Of a DNA stretch of 64,000 nt, positions 1-15,412 are shown in pieces. The stretch comes from Chrysomallon squamiferum (taxonomy: Eukaryota; Animalia; Mollusca), in contig CM022670.1 in NCBI GenBank assembly GCA_012295275.1, positions 17,422,001-17,486,000 of the forward strand, read 5' to 3'. The notes under the pieces were generated by a model. The model saw nothing but the letters and a program-made list of their open reading frames with translations. It was not told where the DNA came from and did no database searches. How positions within the stretch are numbered: position 1 is the first letter of the stretch; each line of letters opens with the position of its first letter. Made by a program: the position numbers and the translations under genes.

Positions 1-340
1 ATAATTTTCTTTAAAACACAAGATTTGGAGTAATGGTATACAGGATAACAGCAGAATCAAATTCTACAGTAAGGAACAAAAACTGAGTACAAGCTTGTAA
101 ATAAAATGAATATTTCAAACTGATTACCCAACACACTGATTATTTCATTGCTTATGCTTACACTTTTTTAAAGCAAACTTTAATTTTTTTAGTTTCAAAT
201 ATTTTATATAACGACTGTTAAAGTGGCATTTAAAATAGTCAGAACTGATAGAATAATATTTAACGATGCAACACAATATTATCTGTTTTAGTTATCAAAA
301 GCTGACTGATACAAATGAGTAGTTCAACATGTTAACTGAC

Positions 341-483
341 TCTGTATCTCTGATTTTCTACAGTTTCTTCCTCGTCCTTCATTTTCAGAGATGTTTCTGA
401 AAATCCCAACTGTACTGCAACACGCTGCCATTCAGAACCCAGGTCTTGAGCCAAATCCTTCAGCAGATTTTCATTAGTGAACC
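341..483 (-). pseudogene. Copy A exon: N-terminal half of death domain 1
   Basis: GFTNENLLKDLAQDLGSEWQRVAVQLGFSE has the typical death-domain LG.EW..LA..LG pattern; 143 nt, same length as 39955-40097. Confidence 0.85.
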
Positions 484-1088
484 CTTTCAAAACAAGAGAA
501 CAACACTGTGAAAGAATCAATGACAGAGATTCAGTCAGACAGGCAGACAGTCAAAAGAAATTAATTTGTTACATTTAGAAAGGGTTTTAGACTGTACCTA
601 TTATATTTGCTGTTTGTAGAAAATAAAGAAGTGTACTGATAACTTCAGTTTTGTTAGTTACAGAGGAAGACTACAAATATGAAAATTTAAACAATGATCT
701 GTTTTTATGTCAAAATGCAAATATGCACACAAACAAACATCAAACTTTATTCTAGTTTATGCCTGTAAATGATCAACAGCTATGACATTATGGCATGTGC
801 CCTGGGTTCCACTTGAAGGGGGTGACTCTGATCATTTTCTATTAAACTTGACTGGTATTTTTTAGCTGATTTTATGGTAGAGTTTTCTAAAAGATGGTGT
901 CCAATATTTTGACAGAGATGTATTTTCAGTTCCTGGAGCTGGTTCTATTTACTGAAGACAGGCTTCTGATTATCAAAACATATTTTTAAAAATATATCAG
1001 CATTCAATTTAGTAACATACGTGTTTATAATGCACCAAAGAAATCAAAAAATGTATAGACCTACACCCCTTTAAATATGCAGTTTTAC

Positions 1089-1691
1089 CTTCAAATGTCA
1101 TTTTTTCATTTTCTGATGTATTTATTGCTTCATTTTCACTTTGGTATATCTGGATAAAATGTAGCAATATTTGCGCCACAGTTTCATAAGTTGGATTGTC
1201 CTCAAACTCCTTCTGAAGATCTTCCATTTTCTTTGCAATATCCACATACCCATCTTTGTCATCATCCATAATGACAGGCAGCTTGAGCACGTTTTGTCTT
1301 TTAGGATGATACTGTAATTTACTCAGTGATTGCTTTTCTTTCACAGCACTTCCAAATAGGTTGATTTTAAATTCTTGTTTTGGAACTATGATGAATTCTG
1401 TTGTATAGCTTGGCTTCTGGTCTTTGTAACCTTCATTTTTCCAGTGTTGAAGACGTTTATGTAACTGCTTGTTTCTGGTGCATTCTACAACTACTTCTCC
1501 ATTATTGGTGTCAGAAACATTCTTCAACATGGCCATGAAAACAACACTGCACTCACGACGTTTGGCTTTGTCCAGCAGCTCAGAATTTAACTTGATGACT
1601 TCTTTTTTGTATTTCTTCTTCATCTTTCTTCTGCTCTCTTTCTGATTTTGAGTAGTCTGTCACTAATTTTTTATATTCTATTAAATTGAAT
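1089..1691 (-). pseudogene. Copy A exon: UPA-like domain, +1 frameshift in a T-run at about 1603-1608
   Basis: CSVVFMAMLK..EVVVEC..EGYKDQKPS..LQYHPKRQN; 603 nt where the phases require 3n+2; T6 here versus T5 in copy B. Confidence 0.8.
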
Positions 1692-2066
1692 CTAGATAAA
1701 AAAAAAAAAAAAAAAAAAAAATTAAAATAATAAAGTAGGGAAATATGGAAAAAAGAAAATCTTTAGTTTCACAAGAAATATGTATTTTCCAAATGTACAG
1801 TTTACAAGTATTTTGTTTTTGGCTGATGAGATTCATATAGGAATGGATATTTTTATACAAAAAAATTATATGACTGATGACATGTAATAAAACACCAAAC
1901 ATGTTTGTTTAAAATTTATAAAGTTCAAAGGATACAATCAGCAAAGAAAATTACAGTTTCAATATTGAAATAAAAGTTAATTTTTAAAGAAAAGAAATAC
2001 AATATCTTCACTGATATTTATTTTAAGTATTTTGTCAATAATGTATGTAGTCTTTATGATACTCAC

Positions 2067-3447
2067 TCTGACAAATACTGCATATGTACACTAACTGTAT
2101 CATTATCAATGGGAGGATTTTTATGAAGGATTATCCAAAATTCTACTTCATTTTCACAATCATGTTGTACACAGCGTGCCATAACATACAGGTCACCTTC
2201 TCCAAAGAAATCATTAGGCAGCTGAACTGTCATAATCACCTCTTTGTTTGGCTGTTCTCCAGCAGAATGGCTGATATCATAAAAATGTGATAACGAGAGC
2301 AATTTGTCAAATTTGTTTTCTTCAAGTGCTGGTTTTGGAATTACCTACAGGAAAAGGTAAAAGTAATGATAATTTCACAGCTATGGATCATGTTTTGTTT
2401 TAACATTTCTAAATCTTATTTATTATAGACTGTACAGATTTAAATTTAAAAACAAATAAACAAAAAGAACAGAAAAAAGGAAATAAAAATAAAAATTTAA
2501 TTTAACAAAGTTGATGTTTTAGACATACAATAGCAATAACAATAACTGAATGGATATACCTCAAAGTTAAGATGTCCACGTTTCTCAAATGTTTCTGGTT
2601 TGACAAAAATGTCCACTGCTGCCATGTTTGATGAGAAAGTTCCACCAGCTGCAGTGACTGGAAACTTTTCTGTTATTGGTAAAGTAACCAAAACAAAGGA
2701 ATTCATTGAACAAGGATTGATTTTAGCATAGCACACCCACTGACCCTTTAAACAGAAAAAATATTAACAACATGAACAACAATAGTAACAGTACTAATGA
2801 TAAAAATAACAATAGTAGTGGAGTAGTAGTAGTGGAAGTAGTAGTAGTAGCTGTAGTCACAGTAGTAGTAATAGTATATATAATAGTAGTAGTAATTATA
2901 GTAATAGTAGGAATAACAACAAACTCTACAACAGTAGAAATAATACTTCTATAATAAATAAATAAATAAATTTTTTTTGCCATATGAACCATAAAAGAAA
3001 TCCACCAAATATTAAAGAAAAATGATGTGAGAGAAAAAAGCAGCAAAATTACAGCAATTAATTGTAATTAATAATTATAAATAAATAAATAAACAAATAA
3101 ATAACCTTTTTAACTTTTCTAATATCCTTAAGCTTTCCAATGTATTCCTCTGTGTCTGTTTTCATGTAAACCTCTTCGAACCTTTCTGGTTTGGAGTAAA
3201 CTGGTATTTTCAGGATGAAGTCATCTGACACATCAGTTGTATAGATTCGAAACTCAAAATATCACTCATGATGAGTTCTCTGTCAACTGGAAGCATGTCA
3301 GTTCTGCTGTATTCAGGCCGCATTCGCCTCCACACCATACCAACTGAATTACTTCCCAGCAAACGTGGAGTTCTTATTGTTAGTCCAATCTGATGAAGGT
3401 CATAGGTCATGTTTCCTTCAAGAGTTACAAATTCTATGTGTATGTAG
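2067..3447 (-). pseudogene. Copy A exons (3447-3106, 2745-2560, 2344-2067): tandem ZU5-like domains
   Basis: GGTFSSNMAAVDIFVKPETF and SLSHFYDISH..EVIMTVQLP are ZU5-like; ends MQYLSE; first exon is 342 nt versus 343 nt in copy B (-1 frameshift). Confidence 0.75.
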
Positions 3448-4116
3448 CTAAAAACATAAGAACAAACTAATGAACATAAGTACTAACTAACAACATAAGA
3501 ACAAACTAATTAAAAATTAATACACATAACTATAGACCAATAAAGATAAGTATAAACTAATAAACGTAGGTCTGAACTAATAAATATTAGTATATCAACT
3601 ATTCAGCATAAATATAAACTAATAAAGATAAATATAAACTAATAAATTCAGCACTATTTGCTGTTTGTAATCTCGATAAAGAAATTTTGACAATTCACCA
3701 AGCAAATAGGTTTCAAGTCAAAATGCCACATTTATCAGTTTATAATATTTAAAAAAAAAAAAAAAAAAAAAAAAACACCTTCGATCCTATTTAAATTTCA
3801 AAAATTATTGTAGGATACATTATATTTTGTTGCAAATGTACTGGCTGCACTAGAATGAAACTGAATTGGTCTAACCCTCTGTCAGTGAATTGTTTTTAAA
3901 ATGAGTATTTTTCATGTTTTGCCTTGATATCTTTCATGTAGTTTGTAAAGATAAAAGAGATTAATAGTAGTGACATACACATATTTTATGACAAAATTTC
4001 ATTCATTAGGCTCATACTATGTTATTGTTTTAGTTTTTCCTTTCTTTATGTTTCTTTGTTCTTGTTGTTATAGTATTTAAATATTAAAATATTCAGATAT
4101 ATTTGGTTGCATTTTG

Positions 4117-4170
<54 letters not shown>

Positions 4171-4322
4171 CAAACACACACACATACATACAACACATAT
4201 ACATTATATACCTATCTATGTAGCTATCTCTCTTTCTATCTATCTATCTTTCTGTCTGTCTATCTATAGCTAAGTATGACTGTCTGTCTGTCTGTCTGTC
4301 TATCAACATACTAAAAAATTAC

Positions 4323-6452
4323 CCATTTTGTATGCCAAGTGCAATGACCTTGGACTCTTTCATCAGACTGCGCATTTTTGGATTCCTGCAGTTAGAAGCT
4401 GGACTCTGATTTTCCTAGAGAATTAATTTCATTGATTAATTAATTTCTGTGTGGCATGTTATACTGAAAGTCTGCCCTGAATTATGCCATAAGATTAAAT
4501 TCAAGCCAATTTTTCTCTCATCATAGGAATTCAAAGTCCTCGTTCAAAAGAAAAATAAGCATAATAATAATAATAATAATAAAATATTAATAATTTTTGA
4601 AAAAACAAAAAATGGTCCTCAACAACATTTTTCTCTCAAATCTGAAATGTCAAAAATATTTTCAATAATTAGTATGGTAGTAATAATTAAAGTTAAAAAA
4701 ATTAATAAATAAACAAAATAATGCGTGACCTCTTAGAAACAAAAGAAAGAAAAAATAATAATAATTTTTTTAAATATAATCCTCTTCCCACCAGTGACAA
4801 ATGAAAGTATAGTGTAGTTACAAATACATAAGAAATGAAATAAAGAAGACAATTACCTTGTCTAGAATTGTTCCGTCAGCTCCACAGAAGGTAAGAAGAT
4901 CAGCTGCTTCCCATTTGGATTTATTAACTGCATAGTGAAGTGGTGTTCGTCCATACTGAAAGTCAAGACAACATGTAGATTCCTTGATATTTTTAATAGT
5001 TATTTAAAACCAAGCATGACATTTCAAACTAACAATAAACCAGTGAGTTTTAATTTCCATTTTATTTTGCCTATCACCATATTATCTGTGTGTTTGTGAG
5101 TTTATATGTTTGTGTGTGTGTGTGTCTATGTATGTGTTTATGTTTGCCTGTATTAATGTACAAGTTGTGTTTTTGTTTCTATATTTATTTGCATTTGTTT
5201 GTGTATCCATTTGTGCATGTGTGTTTTATAATACAGATAAGAATATCAGACTTACTTTGTCTGTGATATTCAGTTTGGCTTTGTTTGTTAGAAGTAGTTT
5301 CAGACTTTCCATGTCACCATTGCCAGATACATAATGCAGTGGAGTCTGATGAAGCTGTAATAGATAAATAACAAATTTTTTTTCAGTTTTCTTTCTCTTA
5401 ATTTTTTATTGTTTGATATATTGTTTTGTCTTCAACAACTCTCATCTATCCATTTATCTGTTATCTGATATCTTTTTTACATTTTTAATATTTTATGTTA
5501 TCTGTCTGTGAAGGGAAAATAAAGCCAAATCAAGATTAGGTAATTACTAAAAAGACTACTACATTCCTTAAAAAAACAAAACAAAAACTATATATGTAAT
5601 AAAAAATAATCTTTCTGAACTTTAAAAAAAGTTTATAAATCAGCCTTTACAACACATCTCGACTCTGGAGAAGTGTACACAGTGTGATTCAATGTCATCA
5701 CTAGTAAATCATGATTATTCTTACATCATCCACTATATTTACACTGGCACCACGACTCAATAATAGTTTCTGTATGACAAAATTTCTCAGCTGACATGAT
5801 CGCATGAATGGGGTTTCACCATTCTGAAATGATAAAAATATGTATGTAATAAGAAAACAAACTAGGTGTATGTCTACTGTGAGTATGAGTGCATGTTTGT
5901 GTATGTATGTGTATTGTGTTTTTATATTTGTGACTGTGTGTGTGTATGACACATCACTGATTTTATTTTTTTAAAGTGACATTCTGTATATAAAGTTTTT
6001 TTTTGTATGTATCTCTATCTGTGTGTGTGTTTACTTTTTCAAACAAAGAGTCTGTGTAAAAAGTTAAACAGAGTTCTAAAATAAAAATAAAAATCACATC
6101 CCTAACAAAGAATATAGTGAAACTGGATGCTAGTCACACAAATTATGTTAATGTGTTTGTGTTTAGTTAGAAGAAGCAACATCTCTTTCTTTTTCATCTA
6201 ACTGTTTTTCTGATCAAACAACTACTTGGCCAAACATTCACTTGACAGTAAACAATAACCAAAATTATAAAATAGTATGTTTATTAAACACACACTTTAG
6301 TGTTAATATTCTAGTTAATCAGAATAAAACAGAAACACACCTTTCCTCTCTTGTTAATATCAGCTCCAATATCCAAGTCATTTTCAATATTGCCTGTCTG
6401 TCCAAGTTCCACATGATTAAATAACAAGTCTGTGGCATTTTCAAAAGCATAA
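4323..6452 (-). pseudogene. Copy A: five small ankyrin-repeat exons (112, 99, 99, 99, 92 nt)
   Basis: NGETPFMRSC.., LHQTPLHYVSGNGD.., YGRTPLHYAVNK..; 33-aa phase-0 exons with canonical splice sites. Confidence 0.85.
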
Positions 6453-6800
6453 CTAAAAGAAGAAATCATTACAAACATAATACAGAACAACAAACTTTTA
6501 TTATATGTGACAGAAATTACTCTTTCATTCAATTATTGCCACTTAGAAATTTAATTATTACATTACACTTTTATTTTTTTCATGAAAATAATTACAATTT
6601 CAATTTTGTTTTTTCAGAAAAATATAACTAGTATTTGGATTTAAGCAAAGCCTGATATTAGTAAATGTATAGATGTGTTACTAATGTCTGCTTTGTAGGA
6701 TCGCAAGTGTATCTGGCTAATTTTCAACATCTTACTATTCTGATAACAAACAAACAAATAAATAAATAAATAAATAAAAATTAAAAATTGAACAAAAAAA

Positions 6801-6835
<35 letters not shown>

Positions 6836-6941
6836 TTAAAATTTCATAATAAATATATATTAACAATCAATATATAAATTTCATAATAAATGTATATTAA
6901 CAATCAATATATAAATTTCATAATAAATGAATACAACAAAC

Positions 6942-9366
6942 CTGCTGGTTCCCTTGGGTCGTTTCAGTCTTAATAATTTTGGTCTCTGATATATTTTCAT
7001 GGGTTCAGAGCATGTGACAGTGAGCAGAGAACTGACGCTACCCGAATGAACTGGTGTTAATCTTGGTCCTTTCGAGATAAATCTTGATACCTCTGAAAAT
7101 GTATCTGTGTTTTCAAGGGCAGCAACAATGTCTTTCTGCAATTGCTCAGCAGTAGTGTCATTCAAAACTGCACATTGTAAAACACCTTCTTTAAATGTAG
7201 CAGTTGTGGTAGGTGAACCAATTTCTTTAAACTCAACATTTTGCAATTCTGACTGAAGACGTTTTCTGGCATTGGGATGGTTCCTGAAAATGTACTGCAT
7301 AGCCTGTTCAAAGTTTCTGATGGATGTTGAAACAGCATGCAAGATTTTGGTGTTATTACTTAGACTGTGAAACACTACAACTTTTATTGAATTTTTTGAC
7401 AGGTTTACCTTCAGCACTTCAGACAAGCACTGAGTCACCTCTTGAGCAGCTTGACTTTCAAATGGTTTGCATAAAGCACGTTTAAGTGTATCTGCTATTG
7501 GCTGATACGGCTTCTCAAAAACAAGCAGTGATGGTTTAAAGTTTATATGTAGATCACTTTCTGTTACAAAAGTTATATCAGCAATTTCATCCTTTTGAGT
7601 AACTTCTGTTTTAGATTCTGGACTAAAACCTATTGAAAGAGTTCCCAAATTGCTGAAAGCTTTCAAAAATGATTTATCAACAGATTTGTTTTCAGCAGTG
7701 AAAACAGTTGATATATCCTGAAGTGACACCAAAACAATATATGCTACAACTTGAAGGGAAGATTTTTTTTTGAATATGGAAGAATCAAACATCAGATTCA
7801 CACCCAGATTTGTAGCAATCCTCCAGCTATCATAGAGCATGTAACCAACATCTAACAACTTTTTCATATCACCTGTCATCCTCGTTGCCTTTTCAATTGC
7901 TGGGATGATAACTAATGGACTTTCGTAACCTTTACAAATATCATCAAATGACAGAAAGAGGACATTTTCGGATTTATTTTCTTTTGATCCTAAATGTCTT
8001 GAAAACACCTCAATTTCAGTTTTTTGCATGATGCAAACTGACTTGCAAATGAGCTGTCTGGAATGTAGTACAGCCTGTTTTTCACAGACATGAGCTGTAA
8101 GTGTTTACACTGTGTTACTTGTTTAAATGGAATTAAATACCACATGCCTATTATAGAATTTCTGTCACATTTCTTGGCTTCTTCATACCGTAAAATCTTA
8201 TAATCCATTTTAATGGTTTTATAACATTCATGTTTCAGTTTAATTAAGTATGTTCTCATTTTGGACATCTTTTTCAGTTCAGCATAATTAAAAGCACACC
8301 AGAATCCGTTTGGTAATTTGACTTTCCCCAGAAGCCAGCAGTCAGCTGTCGTCAGTCCTCGAATCAAAGTTTCTTCATAACAGTTCAGAGTTTGTTCAGA
8401 AAATGTTTGCACATACATTTTAAGCAAGTCAAATGGGTGAGTCATGGAACGGTTGTCAAAACGAGCCACCTCTTCCACCCAGTTGTTGGAATTAAACCTA
8501 ATGTCTAGTCTCAGTCCACACGATTTCTCAAATGTTTCTCCAGCCTTTTTCACTCTCTCTACTAATTCATCACATGTACAGTTCTCTCTTATATCCTTGA
8601 TCTCCATGTCTGAAAATATTTTATCAAAATCCAGTTCATCAATCCGCCATTCTCCATTCATTGATTTTATTACTTGAAAGCAAATTGTTAAAATCCTATT
8701 CTGGTAGAAAATATCTGATATATCCTTTGGTGAAACAGCCAGGATCTTAATTTGATCCACATCCATTTCAAACCATAGCAAATATTTATATGCCATAGCA
8801 ATCAGTTTAATGACAGGTCTAACTTTCTTTCTAAAAAAGGAATCTATGGATTTTGAAACACCAGCTTTTTCAAATGATTGCAGATCAATATCTAGTTCTA
8901 ACTGATTGTAAGGAGATTTATCTGAGACACCCACAAGACAATCAGCAGTCATGCAGAAAACAGCAGCACATATTCTAAATGACTCATATACTGGGAAAAG
9001 AGATTTTTTGTAATGTGGATACAAATCTTTCAATGTGAAGTACCAGAAAATTCTGCTATCATTTGATGACAGGATGATCTTTTTGTCTGTAGGTAAGGCA
9101 TTAACATATTTGACAACTATATTTTTAATGAGAGATACTAAACCAATAGCTTTCTTCACTGCAGCTTCACCACCAACAGTTTCAATATTCTCAAGAAGAA
9201 AACCTGACTGGAGAATTGTTGATTCAAGTCCTCCAAGTATGTATCCATCATGTTTTCCTGCTAGAGCAAGATAGGTGTTCTCTCTGTGTTGTCTGTCTTT
9301 GGCAGAATCAATTGACTCCCAGTCAATTTCTACTTTGATCCTTTGTCCCTTCAACATATCCATTAT
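6942..9366 (-). pseudogene. Copy A large exon: non-ankyrin alpha/beta repeat region, -1 frameshift at about 8020
   Basis: ORFs 7990..9384 and 6881..8029 join into the homologue of copy B exon 48767-46277; cagTTTTTTgcatg here versus cagTCTTTAGgcatg in copy B. Confidence 0.85.
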
Positions 9367-9517
9367 CTGTAAAAAGAGAAACATATTAAAATAAAGACCA
9401 CAATAGCAATCAATAATTTATTTATCTACATCATCTATTCTGAGTGCTAAAATTAATTCAATAAATCATTTATTAATCAGTTGTGAAAATAACTATACTA
9501 ATGTAAATTGTACTTAC

Positions 9518-12500
9518 TCGTTTTTCAAGTTTAGGAATGTATTCCTCTATTTCTGTTTTCAGAGATTCTTCTTGTGAAAGTTCAACAGGAATCTCAGATG
9601 TGTCCACAACCAGGTTTCCTCTGTTGCCATCACTCAGCCTCAGACACACTTTATCATGTAATTCATTACCAAGCACTTTCATCTGTGGCTCTTGAGAAGA
9701 TTTGTCTTCTACACAAGATACAATCAGTGTTGTGATAGACTTCCACTGAGATGACTCTAAGTTTATTTCTTGCTGATACCTGCCTATTACCAGTTTGGAG
9801 AGTATTACTGAATAAAGCCAAATCCCTTTTATGCCATACTTGTTACCTGCAGCTTCAAAGCTTTTTATGTCAATTCTTAACTCCTTTTCCATTAAATGAC
9901 TTGGTAAAAATGATTTCTCTGTCACTTCTACATCTTCGAGAACTTGTCTGAAGTGATCATCTGGCTTCATACAGAGCAGTGCTTCTGGCTGTGACATTCT
10001 CTCAGTCTGGTTTATTATGGAACTATTCCACTCCTCATCTCCAGGATGTGAAAGACCAATGTGCCATCTTATGGACAATGGTAATGTATCTCCTAGTTCT
10101 GTCAGAGTTTTAACTTGTTCTGAATCTGTGTAAATATTTAATTCTTCAATTACCTTCACAGCATGAAGATTTCCAAAACCGAATGCTATGTCCAAAGCAG
10201 AAGGTGACAATGGTTTACTAAGTACATCAGTTTCAGTGATGAAAGCAGAAAACAAGGTTCTGTTGTGACCAGCAATTGCTTGTAAACATAATTCAGCGGT
10301 TACAGATGTTAGTATTTCTTTGTTATTTTTAAACAAGTAACATGCTGCTGTATCAAAACCATACTGTAAAGTTTTATATATCAGCTCTGTGATATCGTTT
10401 GGCTTTGATGCATTGTGTATGATAAATATCTGGGCAACAGCAACAGATGACTGATATCCCATTGCTGTTAATCCAATATCTAAGACATCTGATGTATGAC
10501 AGACTTCAGACCAAGCAAGGTGATTTATTAATGGATGAGTAAAATTTCCTTCACCATCAGGAACACATGTAAGCATAAAATTTACTCTTTTCTTGAAATC
10601 ACGGACAGATATATTATTACATGTGTCACAGCTTGATGAAAGCATTTTTGACCAACCAATGCATCTGTCAAGTAAACAGTCAATGCAGGAAAGATCAGTC
10701 TCAGTGTGTGATGCATGTTCTGAAGTGTCCAGCTCAACACCTTTCAACAAGTCTGGAAGGATAAAATGATGACCAAATGCAACACACAAAGCTGCTGGAA
10801 TGTAGTTATTCTTGTCACGTTTCAAGAAATGTTGATCTTCAGCTTTTTGCCTGCCAGTGCAACATGATGCAATATTGTCTCACCAGTATCTGAAACCCAG
10901 TCTAAGCACTGGTCTTCATCAAAAAGAATCTTCACACATTCCACCTGATGGTTTTCAATGGCACACACAATTGGTATTTTACCTTTCTGGGAGGATCTGC
11001 GAGTCCATGCTGTCATATTGTCAGTAGAATATTTCCTTATTAGCTTCAGTAAATGTAGGAGAGATTTCTCACATCCAGTTATTGCACAAAGATGAAGAAG
11101 TGGATAAAATGAATAAGACATTTTCATGGTGTTAACAACGGTTTCTCCACCTACTTCAAGCATTGCACAAGCACCACTGTCATCCTTCATTGCCAGAAGA
11201 TGAGGGAGATCTACGTCTGTCCAAAATCTTGAAAATGTTACTTTTTCATAACTCTTCAAAAAATATTTCTTTTTGTGTTTTTTCCTCATTTTCCTGAAAT
11301 CATCCAGCACTGTAATATCTTTTGGCATAAAGACTTGTTCATGCCTTGGTAGTTTTGAATTGTTGTTGAGAGCCAGTTTAAACCACCCTGTCTGATTTAG
11401 ATCCCTACTTTTCTTTTGCTTCAAATCCATTTTTCCCATTTCTTCTAACAAATGTACTAGTTCAATGTTTCCCATAGATCGAGCAATATCAAAAGGTGTC
11501 AAACCTGTACTGTCAGTACTTTTCACAGCTTCTTTCTTAAGTCCGAGGACTGCTTCAGCTACCTGTTTCATGTTAAAGAGGCAGGCATAATGCAATGTAC
11601 TCATATGAAATGAGTCTGTTTTCAAAACATCAAGAATCTTGTTTGACATCAAGTACATACAGACTGATTCATTTCCATGTTTTGCAGCCACTAGAAGAAG
11701 ATCCTCAAAAATACTCTTTGCTGAAAACTGAGAATAACCTTTTGACTTTAGAATTGTCTCTAGAACCTGAATGTTGGACATGGTTGCTGCAGAGTAAAGA
11801 CAACTTGTGCTTGGAGTTTCTTTTTGATCTGTCAAAACTTCTAAACAAAACTCAATTATATTTAAATTTCCACTGATAACTGCACAATCAATAGCAGATT
11901 TGGGATTTCGTCTTGATGGAATGTTGTCCGCAACTGCATGTAATGAAACACCCTCATTTACCAAATACTGAGCAAGTTTTTTATTACCATGTAAGCAGCA
12001 CACACACAGGAGAGTCCGCAGCAGTGTGAGAAACTGGTCTTTTACTGGCACATCCATCTGAGACAATCCTTTCCTCATCCACTCAATAAGCATCTTTGCA
12101 TTCTGACTCAAACCAAATTTTCCAATGTTCATCAAGTGCTGACTCCATGGTTCAATTTCACCAATGTTGATGTCTTTTTTGTTATTATGTTGTATCACTA
12201 TGTCAAGCATTGGAAACAGGTTCTGTTTAATAGCTTTCTTCAAAACAGTTTTTTCTAAAATCATTGTTATATGGCTACTAGCCAGTTCTAGCATCTTAGC
12301 TCTTTGCAGTAAATCACTATCTTTGTTTTCGACTGGATTATACTTTGCAAATACAAAGAGGAGATCTATAACAGTGAGGTGTTTTGTGATTTTTCTTGAG
12401 TACACATCAGCACATCCATGGGAATCATTAATGAACTGCATAGTCCAAGACTGACCAACAAGTGCACAAGTGACAAGGAAAATGTCTGAAACTGGACCAA

Positions 12501-13681
12501 TTTTTTCTCTGAAAATGAGTCTTGCCAAATTTTCTATGTCTGTTTTATCCATCACATTAACATTAGAAGTGAACAGAATTTTACTGGCAAGAAAGAAATG
12601 TTTTGACATTTTATCTGAAAGGTGTTTCAACTCAGTTTTTATTTCTTCACTGAATTTTTTGTTTTGTTTATGTATTTCTCTGATGACGTTTGAAATGCCA
12701 TAGCATTCACATATGCAGACAGCAAAGGCATCAAACAGCTGTGGTTCATTTTGTGAAAACAGCTTCTTTTTTATGCAGAGTTGTACTGCCTGCAACTGAC
12801 TGTTTGCTACAGCAAACACCAGAGGTGAATGAAAATGGCACAGTTCTGAAATTGATTGATATGCAGACATCTGCAACAAATATTCCATTAATTCTACATT
12901 TCCATGTGCTGCAGCAGCATGAACCATAGTAGATGATGTTTTTTCACTGAATTTCAACAGGCTCAGTAAATATTCAACCTTTTTTCTCAAAGCTACAGTC
13001 TGTGTGTCTTCTTCTGATTTCATTTGTGTAATTGTAATCTGTGGAGTCAATGGTTTTGTTACCTTTTTTGGTGGGTGGAGGTAAATATCAAATGTTTTAC
13101 TGCCTGGAGAGATCAGAGAAGCAATATGATGAGAATCACTTCCTTTCCAATTGTTTCTGCTCACATTCACAAACCTGGTTTCACCTTCTTTCTTACAAAA
13201 GATAAACTTCCGTTTAGGTTTCCAATCTGGTACAGGTTTGGTAAGAAGTCCTCCTCCAGTAAGAATTAGATTTTCTGCAATATTCCAATGTCGATTTGCC
13301 ATTGCATACCACAGAGGTGTGGCACCAGATTTATCTTTCATATTGAGAATGGTTTTTACTGATTTGTATCCATTTTCACCAAGTTTTGAAATAATGAGAA
13401 TCATTGTTTGAGATTTTCCTTTTTGGCACAGGTAATGGATGGCTGTCATGTTGTGCATGTCTGAATATGACATTTGATCTATCAGCTTTGTGCACATGTC
13501 AGAATTTTCCAAGAGAACATTCAACAAAGAATTCACTATATCATCACTTCTCACTCTGCACACAGATGTCAACATTTCTCCATCTCCATTTTTCATGACA
13601 TCCAGAAAGTCAGATTTGTACTTACTCAGTAACAGGGTACACAATGTACTAGGTGCTTCAGTAATCAGTTTCAAAAATTCT
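9518..13681 (-). pseudogene. Copy A 4.2-kb exon: degenerate ankyrin solenoid, broken by a 28-nt deletion
   Basis: ORFs 10822..13692 and 9473..10825 together match the single ORF 48875..53029; ankyrin motifs GATPLWYA, GLTPFDIA, GETILHHVA. Confidence 0.9.
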
Positions 13682-14049
13682 CTGTAACACAATTATTTTA
13701 TTTAAATTCAGAAATATGCCTTCTAAATTAAAATATTATTTTCAAAAATGAGAAAACACACAGACACCCAACATTACACTTATACACATACACATATGTA
13801 CACAAACACACCGACATCCATGTGCACACACAAACAAAGAGAGGTCATTACGGAGTATTTATTATAGCTATGTTTCGTAAAACCAATTTTATGGTTAAAA
13901 ACAATTTATATAATCTGAATTATTAATACAATATCTAGTTATAATAGTATTTATTTATCCTTCTCAGTCTGGTATAATCTTTGTAACAGATGTTTATAAT
14001 GACCAACAAAGTCAAAATGAAAGATTACATTTACAAGAAGACATCTTAC

Positions 14050-14895
14050 TTTGGATGTGACTTTAGGTGTATTGGATATAGTTCGTTTTTCAACATATAC
14101 TCCACTATTTGCCAGTATGTTTTGTTTACTGCCATTTTAAATACAGTTCCATTGTCTCTGTGGTCTGCCCAAAAAATCTCTTTGAAGCTAAATTTTAAAA
14201 AATATATTTTTAAAATAAATTAATAAATATAATTTTCAAAAGCTTTTGATTTATGTATTAATCCTGAAGTATGTAAAATATCTGAGATCATTTAATGAAT
14301 ATTTCTATAGTTGAATAATGATAATTTTAATAATTAGGACTAAGAGTAATGAAAATAATAGCAATAAAAATAACTATAATGAGAAGAACAACAATAAAAA
14401 CAATAACAATAACAATAATAATAATAATAACTGCATTAGCATAAATTAATTGTTTACTTACTATTAAGATAGGAAGAAATAGATAACATTAATTTTGTTT
14501 CTTTAAACGAAAATATTAATGATGCACTAGATAAAGGCAGAAGTTGGTGTGTTTACATTAAAACAAATATCAGTGTTTCTACATAGATCTGGACCCAGAT
14601 TCAAATAACCTCATCAAATCTGGCTGCTTTTTAAACCACTCTAATTTCAGTATATGCAAACATTTTTGATGGCTACTAGTATTCACATTGCTTTATGTAT
14701 CCAGAGCTGATCAGTAGAACATTAATTCAGAATCACCCTGCTTAAGCCAGTATGAAGAATAGTAAAAAGCTAAATTTGAAAGATTTTATCAAATCTTGGC
14801 CCTCATAGTCAAATACCTTGATTCCAGCTTTTTCAGAATTGTGAGTTTTGTCTCTTCCTCATTTGATGGAGTAACACTGTATGTGTATGGCATCT
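14050..14895 (-). pseudogene. Copy A small exons 14895-14817 (79 nt) and 14187-14050 (138 nt)
   Basis: Open and phase-compatible (1-2, 2-2); the second reads GTVFKMAVNKTYWQIVEYML (ankyrin-like); both are conserved in copy B. Confidence 0.75.
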
Positions 14896-15412
14896 CTAGA
14901 TAAGAAAAAATATTGTTTACATTAGATTTCTAAATTTGAAGCAACATAGATTTCTTCACTGTACTTAATACTGCATAATTAGTAATTTAATCCATTTTGA
15001 AAGGTAGTCACTACCACCACATAAATAAATAAATAGAAAATAAAAATAATAAACAAGCAAGCAAGCAAATAAATAAACAAATCACAGCAGGTAAGCTTAG
15101 AAATAAAAATTCATAAAATGTGCCAGTAATAGGCTTTATTAGACAAAATCTTTAGCACTTGTAATTCTTAAATTTATATTTACCAAATTTGGGAAGCATT
15201 AATATTAGCTGTAATTACCGTTTAGTTATATGTACTGTAAACAAAATGTTTTTGGTGTATGTAATAGAGAATTTCACCAAACTGGCAGGCTTTGTAACTT
15301 ACGACTGGGAGCAACTTGTGGTAAAACTCCAGAATAAAGGAAGCAAGTATTTGTTCACAGAGAATGGACAGTTTAATTTCAATGACTGACATGTTAACAG
15401 TTGATTACTTAC

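Noticed and set aside
2723-3046. Hydrophobic ORFs resembling signal peptides or TM helices (also 25347..25577, 42051..42389 N-part, 23586..23881)
   Set aside because: Translations of triplet and dinucleotide microsatellites.
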